Shown: in pieces, positions 11,331 through 23,755 of the stretch
How positions within the stretch are numbered: the first letter of the stretch is position 1
Layout of the letters: every line of letters begins with the position of its first letter
Made by a program: the position numbers and the translations under genes
The notes under the pieces: model-generated
Told to the model about the DNA's origin: nothing
Database searches by the model: none
Seen by the model: the letters and a program-made list of their open reading frames with translations, nothing else
Assembly: GCF_009834535.1 (NCBI RefSeq)
Contig: NC_045696.1
Span: forward strand, 82,524,001-82,588,000
DNA: 64,000 bases
Source: Camelus ferus
Taxonomy: Eukaryota
Reading direction: 5' to 3'

Positions 11331-13361
11331 AGGAAGACAGGATAAGGCAAGCCTCAGTCCTAGAGGAACTATGGTAAGTGGGCAAGTGGGATCTAGTTAT
11401 TTGCCCCAAGGCATGAGGCTGAGGCTTTGCTCCATTCTATTGGGTAAGGCTAGCGCTCAGTAACTAAACCAAAGGAAAAGTCACTGCAAATTAGGCCCTG
11501 CTAGCTACCAGCTTAGGACCCTTAAAATCCCTCCTTGCTTGTATGGAAAATTGTTCTCAGACCTGTAGGTCATCTGTACCAACTGTCCCTCAGTTCAGCT
11601 TCTATGGACCAAGTTTGCGATGATAAATGCGCTGAGATCTGAGTGTGGGAAGCCTTGGTAGTTATTATTGAGTTGGGGGAGGGTTGTTTCCAATGCGGAG
11701 ATACCACCAAGCTATTTTTATATAAGCAATTTGCTCTGGAAGGATAGGGAAGGTACTTCAATCAAATTTTAGATCAAAGATCAGAAGTGCCATTGTCCTG
11801 CTGATGTTCATGACTCAAAAGCCTTTTAAGAATTGTCTCTTGGGTTTTAACCAAGGTTTCATAGCTGTGTGGTGCCTAATGAAAGTCCTGGTGTGACAGT
11901 TTCTACTGGATCGTGAGCTTGTTAGACCCTGTTGCTTTGGTTCTCTGGCAGTTTCTTCCTTTGACCAGGACTAGGAGACCAGCTGCTGAAATGGTGTCTG
12001 GATAAGGAGGAAAGTCAACTAATTTTTTTTAAACCTTACTTTTTATTTTCATCCAATCACTTCATTTCCAGAAACTTCTTATTATATTCACCATGTTATA
12101 TATTCACCTATAGCAATTTGCATGGGAGAAAAAAGTAAGGTTTGGGTTTTTTAAAAAGTTATTTAAAAGTTATTTTTATTTTCTGAAAACTATTAAAAAG
12201 AGAGGCTAATAAAGATTATTGTTGTTTCAGACAAGTTTCAACAACAAATGTTAGAAATACCTTTGGAAATCATAGCATTCCCATTCCTGGATAATCTGTT
12301 TCTGTCCTTGTTTGCCTGCATATGTTTTAAGACTTTTCAGAGTGGTTGTTTCTATTTAAGGCACATCATCTGCAGAATTCTGAAATACAAACCAGTTCTT
12401 TGAAATTTTTGATAAAGCTCAGTTCTTAATAACAGGAGGGTTTCAAATGCCCCCATAGCCACTTGGCCATCTGTAAATAAATGAAGTTCAACGGGGAAAA
12501 TAGCATAAGGAAGCCGTTTTGGTTACTATTTCCATTTTGTTCATTCACGTAATCAGATTTCAAGATGACAAATATGGAAAGAGTGTGAGAACACTTTTAA
12601 AAAAATATTATATTTTGAAACTTGGATCTGAGTTCAAACACTCAACCTAAAGGAGACTTATGATTCGAATGTGAGTTATTTATTGTCTTTGTCAATTTCC
12701 AGAATTTAAATTTATGTTGGGATAAGGCAAATGCAAGGCTACATTTGAACAACAATGGGACACATTCTTCCTTTTGATTTACTTATTCTTCAAGCAGAGG
12801 CTCTTACAGTCTATGTGTGAGACTATGGGCCCTAGTCCTGGGTAGACATGGATATTAGAATCTCAGATTATTATTGTATCCTCATGTTCCCTTCTGGATG
12901 TACGCTTGATCACTGGGTCACATTTATACAACCTGAGATGGAAGTGATTCTGATTTACAGCTCAAATGTGGCTGACTAAGCCAAATGGTGAACATTTCAT
13001 TATTTCAGTTTTATGGGTTGTGTCTGAAGGGGTTTGGTTCAGAAAATGGACCACTGCTCAGAAGGAGTAAGTCTGTTCCCATGAGGCAACAGGTATTGAG
13101 TCAGCAAATTATGGTACGTCCAGCCCCAGAATACCAGACAAACCATATGTTGCAGCTGCCAGAGTCATCCTACCCCATAGGCATGCACACACTTAAATAC
13201 ACTCACCAAACATTCGTAGACGGACAGACAGACCATATGACGTGAGTTAGCCAAGTCTTACTACAGAAGAGAAAGGGGCCATGCCACATGGTAGAGTGAG
13301 GTTGTGACACAGAGTCCTGTGTTCTTTCCTTGTCTTCTTTTTCTCACCTGTCCTTTCCCAG

Positions 13362-13410
13362 TGCCAAGAGTAATACAGATTGCAAGTGAAGAGTGAGGAG
13401 AAAGCCCAGG
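13362..13410 (+). other. Candidate 49-nt non-coding exon
   Basis: ~38-nt polypyrimidine tract ending tttcccag| and AGG|gtgagt donor; stops in all three frames. Confidence 0.25.
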
Positions 13411-16140
13411 GTGAGTGTATGTGAGTCTGAGTGTGTGTGTCTTCCTCGACGGTGGGGCGCCCAGACCTTTATTCAATCTCTGGCACAATGCAGCCTCTGT
13501 AGAAAAGATATTAGGAACAAAAAACAAACTTGAAGATTCAGGAGCAGGCTGCCAGAATTATTAAGAAAAACATTCAGATGATGCCATTAAAAACATATGG
13601 GGATTCTATAAAGCCCTGAAAAGAAAATGTTTAATTATGCGCCGTATGCAAAAGCCATCACGTTGAGATTAATACTAAGGACTGAACTGCGTGGGGCGTA
13701 AGTAGTCCACAGTGATGCATCAATCTTTTTACTCCTTTAAAAATAATGTTTTTCTTTCGCTGATGACAAATACCTTTCAAACTGTTGAGATCATGCTGCT
13801 AGAGTGATACATGGAGTTTAATGAAGTCCAAAGTCACTAAGAAAAGTTTCCAAATTAAGTTCTCAAGGTCCTTGAGTTAGCTTTCTTTCCATTCCTTTTC
13901 TCCCCTATGTTCCCACTCACTTCCCACCCCCAGAGGAATCCCCCCTCCCTCTCTCCATCACACAAAGGTTGCCTATGCTGGTAGGGTGGTTAGAAATATC
14001 CCGTTTTGAGGTTTCCCATTTTAAGATGGTGTAATGATTCATTGCCCAACATTTAAGTGCTAAGAGTTACAGTGATTTTGATTTCCATTCTCAATAGCTC
14101 ACATTTGAAGCCTGAAGAAATACAGAGCTCTTGTCCTTTCTTGATACACATGGAGACTATTTTCTTTCATCTGAATCTGATATGTTTGAGGATTGCCTGT
14201 CATTGTCTTTAGGTCCTTGTAAATGGGTAGAGTCATTATTCTGTATGGCTTTGTATATGTAAGAGGAGGCCATCATGAGAAAAAAAAAATCAAACTTTGT
14301 AGCTAATAGGGCTTCCAAACAAGTATACTGGATGTGCCTTATGCAAATATAAGTCAAAATTGCAAAAAGTCATTGGGCTTTTGTTATCTGAGTACCGCTC
14401 TCACTCTTACGGAAGTTTAAATATTGAAAAGGCAGATCAGTAGCGTCTCAAAATTAAAAAAAAAAAAAGAATAGTGTACAGATGCAAAAAAAATGGAGTG
14501 AGTTATGAATTTATTTGAAAATCTTTGCTCATTTTAAGAAGGTCAGGTATATTTTGCTGGTACTAGTTCACCACCAGGAATTTTATGGACTTAAGCCCTT
14601 GGGATTTTGATCCCTATTTATTGGGCCAGGCTTCTTTAAGTAAACATGTGGCTTATGAATCAGTGGACAGATTTGTTGCTCACACTTGAAAGTGTCAAAA
14701 CGTTTTCTTAAACATCAATCAGGCTCACTGCAGTAAAAATATAAAACTCCTCCCACCCCTCATGTCTGTCATTTTCTATATTACATATATGATTGAAACT
14801 TAGAAATTACCCAGCCTGCAACAGTTTTTGGTAAAGGTGGCCGGCTGGCCCTAGGAACTTGACTGGCTTGTTCCAATTCCTGTTTGGAAACAGGGTCCCC
14901 CAGTGCCCAGCGCTGAGGCTTTTGGATTCAAGTACGTTGAACAGGCAGGTCGTATTTCAAATTCAGTCTTCTCCTAGATGATGGGGTCCTGCGTCAACCA
15001 TCGTTTCAGGGTTTTCCTCTCGTGGATTTGTTTTTGTGTGAGAAAACTGTACTTCCATTGGTTAATAGCCAGCCACTTTTCTACAAAGGGCCACCTGTTT
15101 CTGAGTTTACACAGGATATGTTGGATTTATGTAATACAATAGGATCAATTTAATTAGGCTTTTCCTTAAGTACAGTGCTACCTGGAATTACTTCACTACC
15201 TGATAACATGCTTGCTCTTTGGAGACCAAAAAACCCCACTAGTCCTGACTTAAGTTGGCTGTAAGGTATTCCATTACCCCAATTTCTCCTAATATTCATT
15301 AAAGGCTATATACTTTCGGTATGAAAAAATGGCCGTTCTGAACTCCCCATAGTCCCTGTTATTTACAATGTTTCAAAGCTTTAGAATTACTACAAAAGAT
15401 TTACTCATATAGCAGAGCATGTAAAATTTAAAATCAATAAAGTATATAAATTTTGCTTGTCTCCTTGAATTGATTCCCTACTTTAATAGCTCAATACTGT
15501 AATACTGTATACTTTTTTATTTCCAGTGTCATTACCCAGTAATAATCTCTGGACTTTTCTTGCCACAGCTCTGGGGCAGTTTGGAATTTCTGACAACAAT
15601 ATTCTTCACAGACAGTTGTCATAGGCGACTGTTACCCGCTGCATGGCTTCCAAAAATGAATAAGCACATGAGAAATATTAGTTTGGTCCTGTGATATTAG
15701 AAACTCAACTAATTTCTTTTGACACAGTAAATAGAGCTGAGCATTTGATTTTGTGGTAGAATAGAGAAAGATTTGAATTTGGAATGTCTTAGCAGTAGTT
15801 GATTCATCCCACAATATGTCTTTTTTTTTTTAAACAAGAAGTATGAGGTTCAGTTTTCTATAATTTTCTAACATAAAAGTTCTTCTGACCATAGCTTTAC
15901 TTGGAGTTAGGAAACAAGGCACATAGCTTCAAGGCAGCTAATGTTGGGAGGGTTAACTTGTACTGATGATACTCAATTTTTATTCCCTAAGTGTATTCAC
16001 AGGGATAAATTCTCCTTCATTCCAGAATTTGCCAGTATTTTGCAGAGTGATACACAGCTCTTCTTAATAGATTTAGAAGTAAAGATAGTCCTTGAAAAAT
16101 TAAAGCGTGGTAAGCAGTAAACAATTATTCCATCACTTAC

Positions 16141-16306
16141 TCTTAAATTCGCCAGAGTCGTTGTTTGCTTAAATCATGGTGGTTTCTGGGTCTCAGTGCT
16201 AAAAGGGTTGAGCTGACCTTGGTTTCTTGAAATGCAAAATGTCGTCAAATTCAAACACGTCGGTGAAATCTAAACTCCCTTTCATTTCTTAATGGCCACT
16301 CTCGGC
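16141..16306 (-). other. Candidate 166-nt non-coding exon (minus strand)
   Basis: Minus strand: ctgtctgtgttctttacag|G acceptor and AGA|gtaagt donor; 6 CpGs; stops in all frames. Confidence 0.3.
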
Positions 16307-16446
16307 CTGTAAAGAACACAGACAGATGATTGCTTACTTAGGCGTGAAAACAGAAAAGGGTGTCCATGCTTGCGCCAGGTACTTTTGGGGGCTAAAGCAA
16401 TGCTTTCCAGCCAGTCTCTTAAATTCTTCCTTCTCTGATGTTTGTT

Positions 16447-16615
16447 TAGTGTAGTGATTGACAGAGCCCCCTACGAAAAGCCAGAGGATCTTTTATTTGA
16501 ATCCCAGCTCTTCTACTTTGCTTTGTAACCTTGTGCAATTCTTTGCCTCAGTGTCTACACTCGTAAAGTCGGGGATTACGAGTTTGGTCCTACCTCACAG
16601 AGAAGCTGTAAAGTA
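16447..16615 (+). mobile_element. MIR
   Basis: tttgaatcccagctcttctact...accttgtgcaa...gcctcagtgtctacactcgtaaagtcgggga...cctacctcacag. Confidence 0.75.
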
Positions 16616-16739
16616 AGCTCAGTGCAGTCCACAGGACCCTGGACACATGAAGAAGCTCAGACTCCACATCCCCATATTCCCTTCCACCTGGGCTAATATT
16701 TAGCTCCAAGAGAAATGCCTCATTGATAGCTTTAGGGAT

Positions 16740-16865
16740 AGGATTGCCAAATAAAATCTAGAATGCCCAGTTAAATTTGAATTTCAGATAAATGGATTTG
16801 TTGTTTATTTGAGGTTCACATTTAACCGGAGCCCCTAAATTTTTATTTGCTAATCTGACAACTCT
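16740..16865. mobile_element. MER53 palindromic MITE, centre deleted
   Basis: aggattgccaaataaaatctagaatgcccagttaaatttgaatttcagataaa...atttttatttgctaatctgacaactct. Confidence 0.85.
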
Positions 16866-18336
16866 CCTGAAGAGTTCTGGCTGGAATACTTTCTTATACT
16901 GCATAGATTACAGCCTAAAGAAGCTAAAAAGTGGGTATACAGCCTTCATGCCTCCGAGTTAATGCCCCGGTACTTAGCCCATTGTGGCAAGTGGCCGGTC
17001 TTCTGTTCCCCAGATTTACAATACAAAACTTAGTCTCTCACCTGCAAAAGGGCAAAGTGAGCCTGGTTCTCCCCTATTTCTAGAGGAAGATTATCTCCCT
17101 TCAAAAAAATAATTACCTACAATGATGAGTTTTGGTGGTGAATTTCCTCTGGTATGCCATTGCTGTGCTCTGACATTTCTTGAGGATTATCTTTTCCCCT
17201 CTCCAGCAGAACCAGGTTGTGCAATCTGGAGAGGGACGAGGCCTCTCTTTAGAGGCAGTTCTCAGAACCCAGTACTAGGGTGTTTGTGTGGTCCAGGCCT
17301 GTCTGGAAGGGCAAATTGCTTTGTGATGCCCTTCCAATCAGTACATTCATCATCAAATTTGGTGTGGTAATTTTCTATAAAGAAAGATAAAATAGCTCAG
17401 CTAGGTTGAACTTAATTTCAATTTTTCTAAGTGGGTACCATTAAAAAATTATCTATAATATGATGTCATACTTATCTCCTGACATCTGGTATATTAGGAA
17501 ACTCTTGTGAGTTTAGCTAATCAGGGTTTTCTCCCTTTAAATCTTCAAGTGCTGGATCTGGCATGAAATACCGGTTCTTTTCAAGTGTGTAAAGGTGTGG
17601 GGTCATTTGTGTGCTTTAATTACTAAAACCGTGCACTCCTTCAGAGCACTACTTATAAAATGTGGCCAAATGCTAGGCAACTGTCACACACACACATCAG
17701 AAGAAGATTGAACCTACACTTTCTTTTTACATTTTTTTTTTTTGCCATAATGATTTATACCAATCACATCTATACTTTACTCTAATACCATATTTTTTTC
17801 TCCATATAGTCACATTTATATGATCATGTGTAATTGCTGAATGTCCAGGACTAAGATGCTTGGAGATCCTAGGGGGAACTGACTGACTTTTCTGGGTTAA
17901 TTTACCACCCATTGGCTACTGTACTTTGGAGGAGTAGGTTTGGCCTCATGGTAGGTGAATGTTCAGTCTATCATGATATCAGTAATGGGCTCAACATAGA
18001 CATAGAATTCTTATGAAGTTCACATACACTCCAGATGGCAATCTAGTGTCCTGCCTGACATGTGAAAGGTGGTGCCCCTACCTGCAGGTGACCCTTTGGA
18101 CCCTTAAAGAAAGAAACTAGAGCTTCTTAAGATCAGCAACTCTGATCCTACTCATCTTTGCATAGTTCATATTTGGAAAATATCTTTGAAAAAGTTTGCT
18201 ACAGGAAGCATAACAATGGAGCAACATGATTCAATTAGCTGTAATTGTAGCATCTGCTTGTCCTTCGACATGGAAATGCTATGACTTTTACTTACATGCC
18301 TTTTCTAATACAAAGATATTAAAGTCCTATCTGGAG

Positions 18337-18516
18337 TAGCGTTTCCCAGACTTGAGTGTGCGTCCAAATCCTTGGAGTTCTTGCTAAAACACAGATGCCT
18401 GGGTCTCACCTAGAGTTTCTGATTCAGTAGGTCTGGGAAAGGGCCTTGAGAATTTGCATTTCTAACAAGCTCCTAGTGATGCCGATGCTACCCTGGTCTG
18501 AACCACACATCCCAGA
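18337..18516 (-). mobile_element. MER5A
   Basis: agagtttctgattcagtaggtctggga...gagaatttgcatttctaacaagctcctagtgatgccgatgct. Confidence 0.9.
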
Positions 18517-19069
18517 GTATTAATCTCCACTCATCTGAAGACAATAGGGGAGCTGGAGATGTGTGAGAACATTTTGGGAGACCAACTTAATTACATGAAA
18601 AAGGACTTATGAGTCTCCCTTCCAGTGAAAAAGGTCATGCTCCTGGGCTCAGTCTGGTTTTCTTATCCTTGGAAATGGAGGTCAAAAAGGGAGCCGAAAA
18701 GTAGAGGCAGCCCTTCCTTTAGGACAAGAGATTATCATGTTCAGGTCTCAGTGAGCATTTCCTGAGTACTTCCCCAGGGGCAGGCATACAGAAATAAAGA
18801 CCTTTTCAGCTTGAGGAGTTCAAAGAGCTGTGTCTCAAAAGCTGTTGGGGAGCAGGTAAAGTACAAATTATGAAGATGAAATGAAACTGCTGTTTTTGGT
18901 CCACTCACCCCATCGACTCTGGAACCAGCCAACCTGTACCTCTGAGACTTATCCAACTCTGGCTGTGGCTTCTGGTCCCTTGTCTCATCCTTCCAGCTCC
19001 AACTACCTTTTACACTCAACCCCATGGTCTCTGTGATTCTTACTGGTAACAGCAGTAATCAGTATTATC

Positions 19070-19300
19070 CCTCCCATTTATTGAGCTTCATCTATTGCCA
19101 TGGCATATGCACATGCTGTAATTGTCACAGCAATCTAAAAAGTTGGGTGATTTTATCCCTGCTGAACAGATTAGTAAACTGAGTCTCAGTGAGATTAAGT
19201 GAGTTGGTTGGAGTCACGCAGCTGGGGTGGGTGGTAGAGTTGGGATTTAAAGCTTATTTTGCTGGATATCTAAGCCACTAAATCACATATTCTTTCCACT
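19070..19300 (-). mobile_element. MIR
   Basis: catttattgagc...aaactgagtctcagtgagattaagtga...gtcacgcagct...ggtagagttgggattt. Confidence 0.85.
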
Positions 19301-19588
19301 TTTCTGCATAGCCAGTCTATTTTGTTTTAAATTAAGATTTTAAGTTTTTATAAAAATGGCTGGACAATTGGCCAACATGACCTTTTAGATAATGACCCAT
19401 GTTTCTATTTTAAAAAGTGGAAGAACTAAAATGAGGAACAAGAAAATTCTAGAACTTTTAGCAAATATAATGGCATTTTGTGTTTGGAAACATTATATAT
19501 TTACCAGAGAGAGTGCTTTTGTATTAATGACCTGGTTTGAGGCTCAAAACCCTTCAAGGTAAGATTCATGTTAACATTGTTAGATTGG

Positions 19589-19619
19589 CTTAATTACCTC
19601 CCCCTCCTAAAACAATACA
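19589..19619 (+). mobile_element. 31-bp 3' tail of a Vic-1-type SINE with perfect 16-bp TSD
   Basis: TSD aacattgttagattgg at 19573-19588 and 19620-19635; insert taattacc + C-run + A-rich tail resembles the tail of the SINE at 3169-3322. Confidence 0.75.
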
Positions 19620-19806
19620 AACATTGTTAGATTGGAAAGATGTAGCCCCACCACTTTTTATGAGGAAATTGAGGCTTAGAGAGGTAGTGGCTCAAAAAAG
19701 GGGTAGACTCAGGAGCATTTGAGACTCTGATCCCCCGTGCCTGTTTCACTGTACTGGAAGGCCAAAGAAGGAGGAGGTTGGGAAGGACAGGGTTGGGGAG
19801 ATGAGT

Positions 19807-20360
19807 ATGTTGGTCAGGATATTTGTGTTTGCAAAAGGCAGAAATCCAATTCCAGTTTACTTAAAAGAGAAAACAAAGGCAGAGGTTCTACTGGAGCAGG
19901 TAACTGAGGGATTGAGGGCAGGGGTTGAATCTTGGATTCAACAATGACATTGTGGCCTTAACTCTTTCCATCTCTCTCTTCCACTTTTCTCCATATTGGC
20001 TTTTGTTCTCAGGTTGTGTCTCTTCTTCTTGTGATTCCAGGAAGTTCCCAGCTGATAACAGGAAAAGCTCCTCTCTTTCCCACTGTTTCCCACAAATGTC
20101 CTGAATATAAACTTTGGCCTGGCTTGGGTCACATGCCCAACCTTGAACCAATTGCTGCAACCAGAGGATGAAATGATCCTATCAGCCAGGCCTGGGTCAT
20201 GTTTTCTATTTCTGAGGCTGGTGTGAGATAGGATGGAGCCAACCCCACCTGAGTACCAGGTCTGTGAGTGCGACAGGGGAGGTTGTTAAAGGAAAATAGC
20301 TGCTGTTGCCAGAAGGACAGAGAATGGAGGCTGAGCAGTCAAAAATCATAAGTGTCTGTT
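19807..20360 (-). mobile_element. MLT1K-like ERVL-MaLR solo LTR
   Basis: ttggtcaggatatttgtgtttgcaaaaggcagaaa...ggcttgggtcacatgcccaaccttgaaccaat...ccaggcctgggtcatg...gctgttgccagaagg. Confidence 0.8.
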
Positions 20361-20769
20361 TTAGAGAGCAGGAGAAAAAAGTAGGCAAAGTTGTCTCTGC
20401 AAACTTTTGCTTTTTAAAGTCCAAATAGCTTTGGGGTGTTTCTCGTCTAGTCCAGCAGGTGGTTGTTGGGGCAAGAACTCATTCTGGTTTCCCCGCCATT
20501 TTTCCTTACAATGGGCTCTTTCTGAAAGTGGCATCTCTGCCAAGAGCCAGGCAGTGAGTTCCCACTGGTTTTGTGTGGAACTACTTTGTGTTCTTGACGT
20601 TGTAGAGTAGTGATTTACCAGTTAGTTTGATTGTGACTACACATAGCTGTGCATTTACACACAATTTGGTTTCCATTCTGCCAATGGTTCCATGTGAAAG
20701 TTCATGTGGCTTCGACATGTGCCACATTCAGTGTCACAGGGGTTAAATGATAAATCAGTGGCACGGTAT

Positions 20770-20855
20770 CATTTCCCTCATTTGTAAAATGAAGGGCTGG
20801 ATGGGATACATTCTAAGATTTATCCAGAGTCTAACATAATATGATTTTATGATTT
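20770..20855 (+). mobile_element. MIR3 3' part
   Basis: tttccctcatttgtaaaatgaagggctgga...tctaacataatatgattttatgatt. Confidence 0.65.
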
Positions 20856-21439
20856 TAAGGTTCTGGCTAGATCATAGCAGTTGTTTTTAAAATTAGATGA
20901 ACATTTTTTTTAACCTTTCTTTTTAAGTGTGCCTCGATTCCACGCTGAGAGAAATGTTCCTATTTACATAAATGTTTAAAAATTAGTTGTAGAAAGGAAA
21001 CAAAAAAGTTAAGACTTTCTCAGTCTGGCTGTCAGGTTTAAGATGGAGCCATTCCTCTGGAGTTGCTGTGAGGATGTCTAGAAAATGCAAAGCTGGCAAA
21101 GGAAAAAAAAAAAATGAGGAGAGAGTAAAATATATAGTATAGTATCTGTATATCCGAGGCATTTAATTTATGGGGCCTGGTTGCCATTTCAGCGTGGTAA
21201 CCAGAGTCAATGATAAGTCCACTTGCCAGAATTAGAGGTTAGGTACAGAATCCTGGGAAAAACATATTTAAGCTTTATCTTAAAAAACATTCTCTTGAGA
21301 ATGCTTTTGGGTAACTAACATCTAATTGCTTCCCTCCCTCTACTCACCCACTGTCTCAGGAATCTAGGCTCCTTTGAATAAAATTGGAGGGCACCAGAAC
21401 TCTGTTTGTCATTTGTTTTCTTATATTTTTAATTAGATA

Positions 21440-21570
21440 GTTATGCATGACTTAATGTTCAGTGTCTTACTTCTCCCTAGGAATGTAAACTCCCTGAGGG
21501 CAAGGGCTATTTCTGTGTTTTGTTTTGTTTTTCCTTGTTGAATTACTGTACCTAGCACAGAGCTTGACTG
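21440..21570 (+). mobile_element. L2 3' end
   Basis: gaatgtaaactccctgagggcaagggctat...gtacctagcacagagc. Confidence 0.75.
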
Positions 21571-22089
21571 AATCCATGGATGGAAATCCTCCAGTGGCTC
21601 ACACTGGGCCCTCATTATTTTAAGGATGTCCTTATGAGAACCAGCTGCCATCAAATGTGGCTTAGGGATTCTCCTAGTGTAATGTTTTGAAAATAGAAGT
21701 AACCTTAGAGTTTTTGTCTAACAGATTATTGAAAAACTTTGAGGTTCAGAGAGTGTTTTAGGCTGATTTGAAGAGGTAGAGTCTATTCATATAAGCCCTA
21801 AAGGACACTCCCTCTACTGGATAACGGTCCTGCGACAAGCTAGCAGTATCTCCACACCACCCCCAACCTGCCCCTGCCAACCTCATCACTTAAAATGTCT
21901 GCATGCTTGGGCACATATTGAGTGAGTCTTCACAAAATTCAGATACAATCTGCCTAAAAGCAGTAGCAAAATGACCATGTTTGGAGAAATCCATTGTCTT
22001 ATAAATGAAACTAAAGGATCATGAACCCAACTATTGATAATTTCTAACTGAAATTCAACATCTGGGCAAGATTTCAGAGCTCTATTTCC

Positions 22090-22381
22090 TCCCCGAGCCA
22101 AATGGCTCATCTGGAAATAGTCGGCCCGAGATTTAAGAGGTGATAGTGGTCCCTTTACTCATTTAGTCCTTGGTCTCCCTGGAGCTTCCTGCCAGGGCAA
22201 TGATGAGTGATAACTGCTTAGGGGTTTTTGTAGTGTGGTCCATGGTATTTTAGGTGTTTGCTTTGACCACTAACTGATTTCATCTAGAACAATATCCATG
22301 ATGACAATTGGTGACTTTTAACTGACTTTGAGTTGATTGGTGACCTGAAGAGAAAGTTCCTATTGCCTATTCCATGAAACA
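22090..22381 (-). mobile_element. LF-SINE (LFSINE_Vert) relic
   Basis: Five collinear minus-strand blocks match the recalled LF-SINE consensus: ggaataggcaatagga, tttctcttcaggtcac, tgaaatcagttagtggtc, ccacactacaaaaacc, gggagaccaaggactaaatgag. Confidence 0.7.
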
Positions 22382-22659
22382 TATAACTTCCTACCATCCA
22401 CATAGACTCTGTTCATTTCCCCACAGATTGCAGTATTTATTATTTGTTATTGCTTAGGTTTCAAAATAAATTTGGGTTATGATTTCAAATTCTTTAGCTG
22501 ATCAAAAGCAACTAGTGTCCAGATGTCCTCTGTGAGCCTGCCCTTAAAGAACTGATTTAAGGAAAATATTACTTCCCTAGGAAGATATTCTTATCTACCT
22601 GACTTTGGAAATACAGATAAAAATGTTGCACACCTTTATGGTAAACAGAATAGGATTTG

Positions 22660-22735
22660 CTAGTATGATGATTAAGAGTTTGGTTCTGGAATCAGACAAA
22701 CCTGGGCTGGATTCCTGGGCCTGCCACTTGTGGTT
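22660..22735 (+). mobile_element. MIR 5' fragment
   Basis: gattaagagtttggttctggaatcagacaaacctgggctggattcctgggcctgccactt. Confidence 0.7.
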
Positions 22736-23755
22736 CTAACACTGAGGGTGGGATCTTTAATGCCCAGAGTCTCTTGAGTCAAGAGAAGGCATGCGTAGCA
22801 CAGGGCTAAGGTTACATAGGAAATGGTCCATAGATGTTACCTTAAAAAGAAAAAGATGGATTTTTATTGATAAAAATGTACAGACAACTAAAAGATCTTG
22901 AAAAAGAGGTGGAAGGAATCAAGTATACTATTCACTGCTGTAAAAATTAGATATAATCTATGGAAAAGGAAAATAGAGTTGCATCTGAAACAAATTACCT
23001 TTTTAAAAAAATCATACTTCTTTAGCTTTTGTTGAGGGTCAGTTTAAGCAGTCTCACATAAAGAGTATATGTGTATTTTTTATAAAATAGTGGTAAAAAA
23101 TCTGATATTTATTCAGAGTTTCTTTAACAACCATCCCCAGAAGGCTTTTTTTTTATTGGATAATGAGAATTGTGTATAACCCATTTTTTTCTTTTCACCT
23201 TGTTTTTAAAGAAGCTGAACACCAAATTCAGTGTTCAAATGGTAGTAGCCATACTGGGGTATTTTTTTTTGTACTTCTCCCTGAATTTTGGACTTCTATT
23301 TTAATAATTTTAGTGTTGATATGTGTTTTTTCTTGAGATGCCTACAATTTGGGGGGAAGGAGAAAAATAAATTATTTAAGGAATGCCTCCCAGAGGTTGT
23401 CTATAATATTTCAGCCTTTTTTCCTCAAGCAAATACCAAAATTGGCATTTGAAAAATTCTTTGAACTCTTTCAGCAGAAAAGTGCTACGTTATGTTATTA
23501 TATTTATTTTCACAAGTACAAGTAAAGCTTGCAAGATATTCTTACAAAGAGGGTTCCCTCTGTGGTATTTGGTGGAATGAGAGACTTCTATGTTTGTTAC
23601 TTTGTGATATCTCAGTTTTTTCAAATTTAGGCTTAAATTATTAGGCCAATATAAATAAAAAAATTATCTAGAAATGATGCTAGTTTGAATATGGAAGAGA
23701 GTGTTTCTTTACTCAACCACATTCTCCTCTGGAGTATAAGCTTATGTAGGGATCC

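Noticed and set aside
22749..22762. 14-mer tgggatctttaatg resembling the reverse AmnSINE1 Deu domain
   Set aside because: Isolated match; flanks are not collinear and it adjoins a MIR
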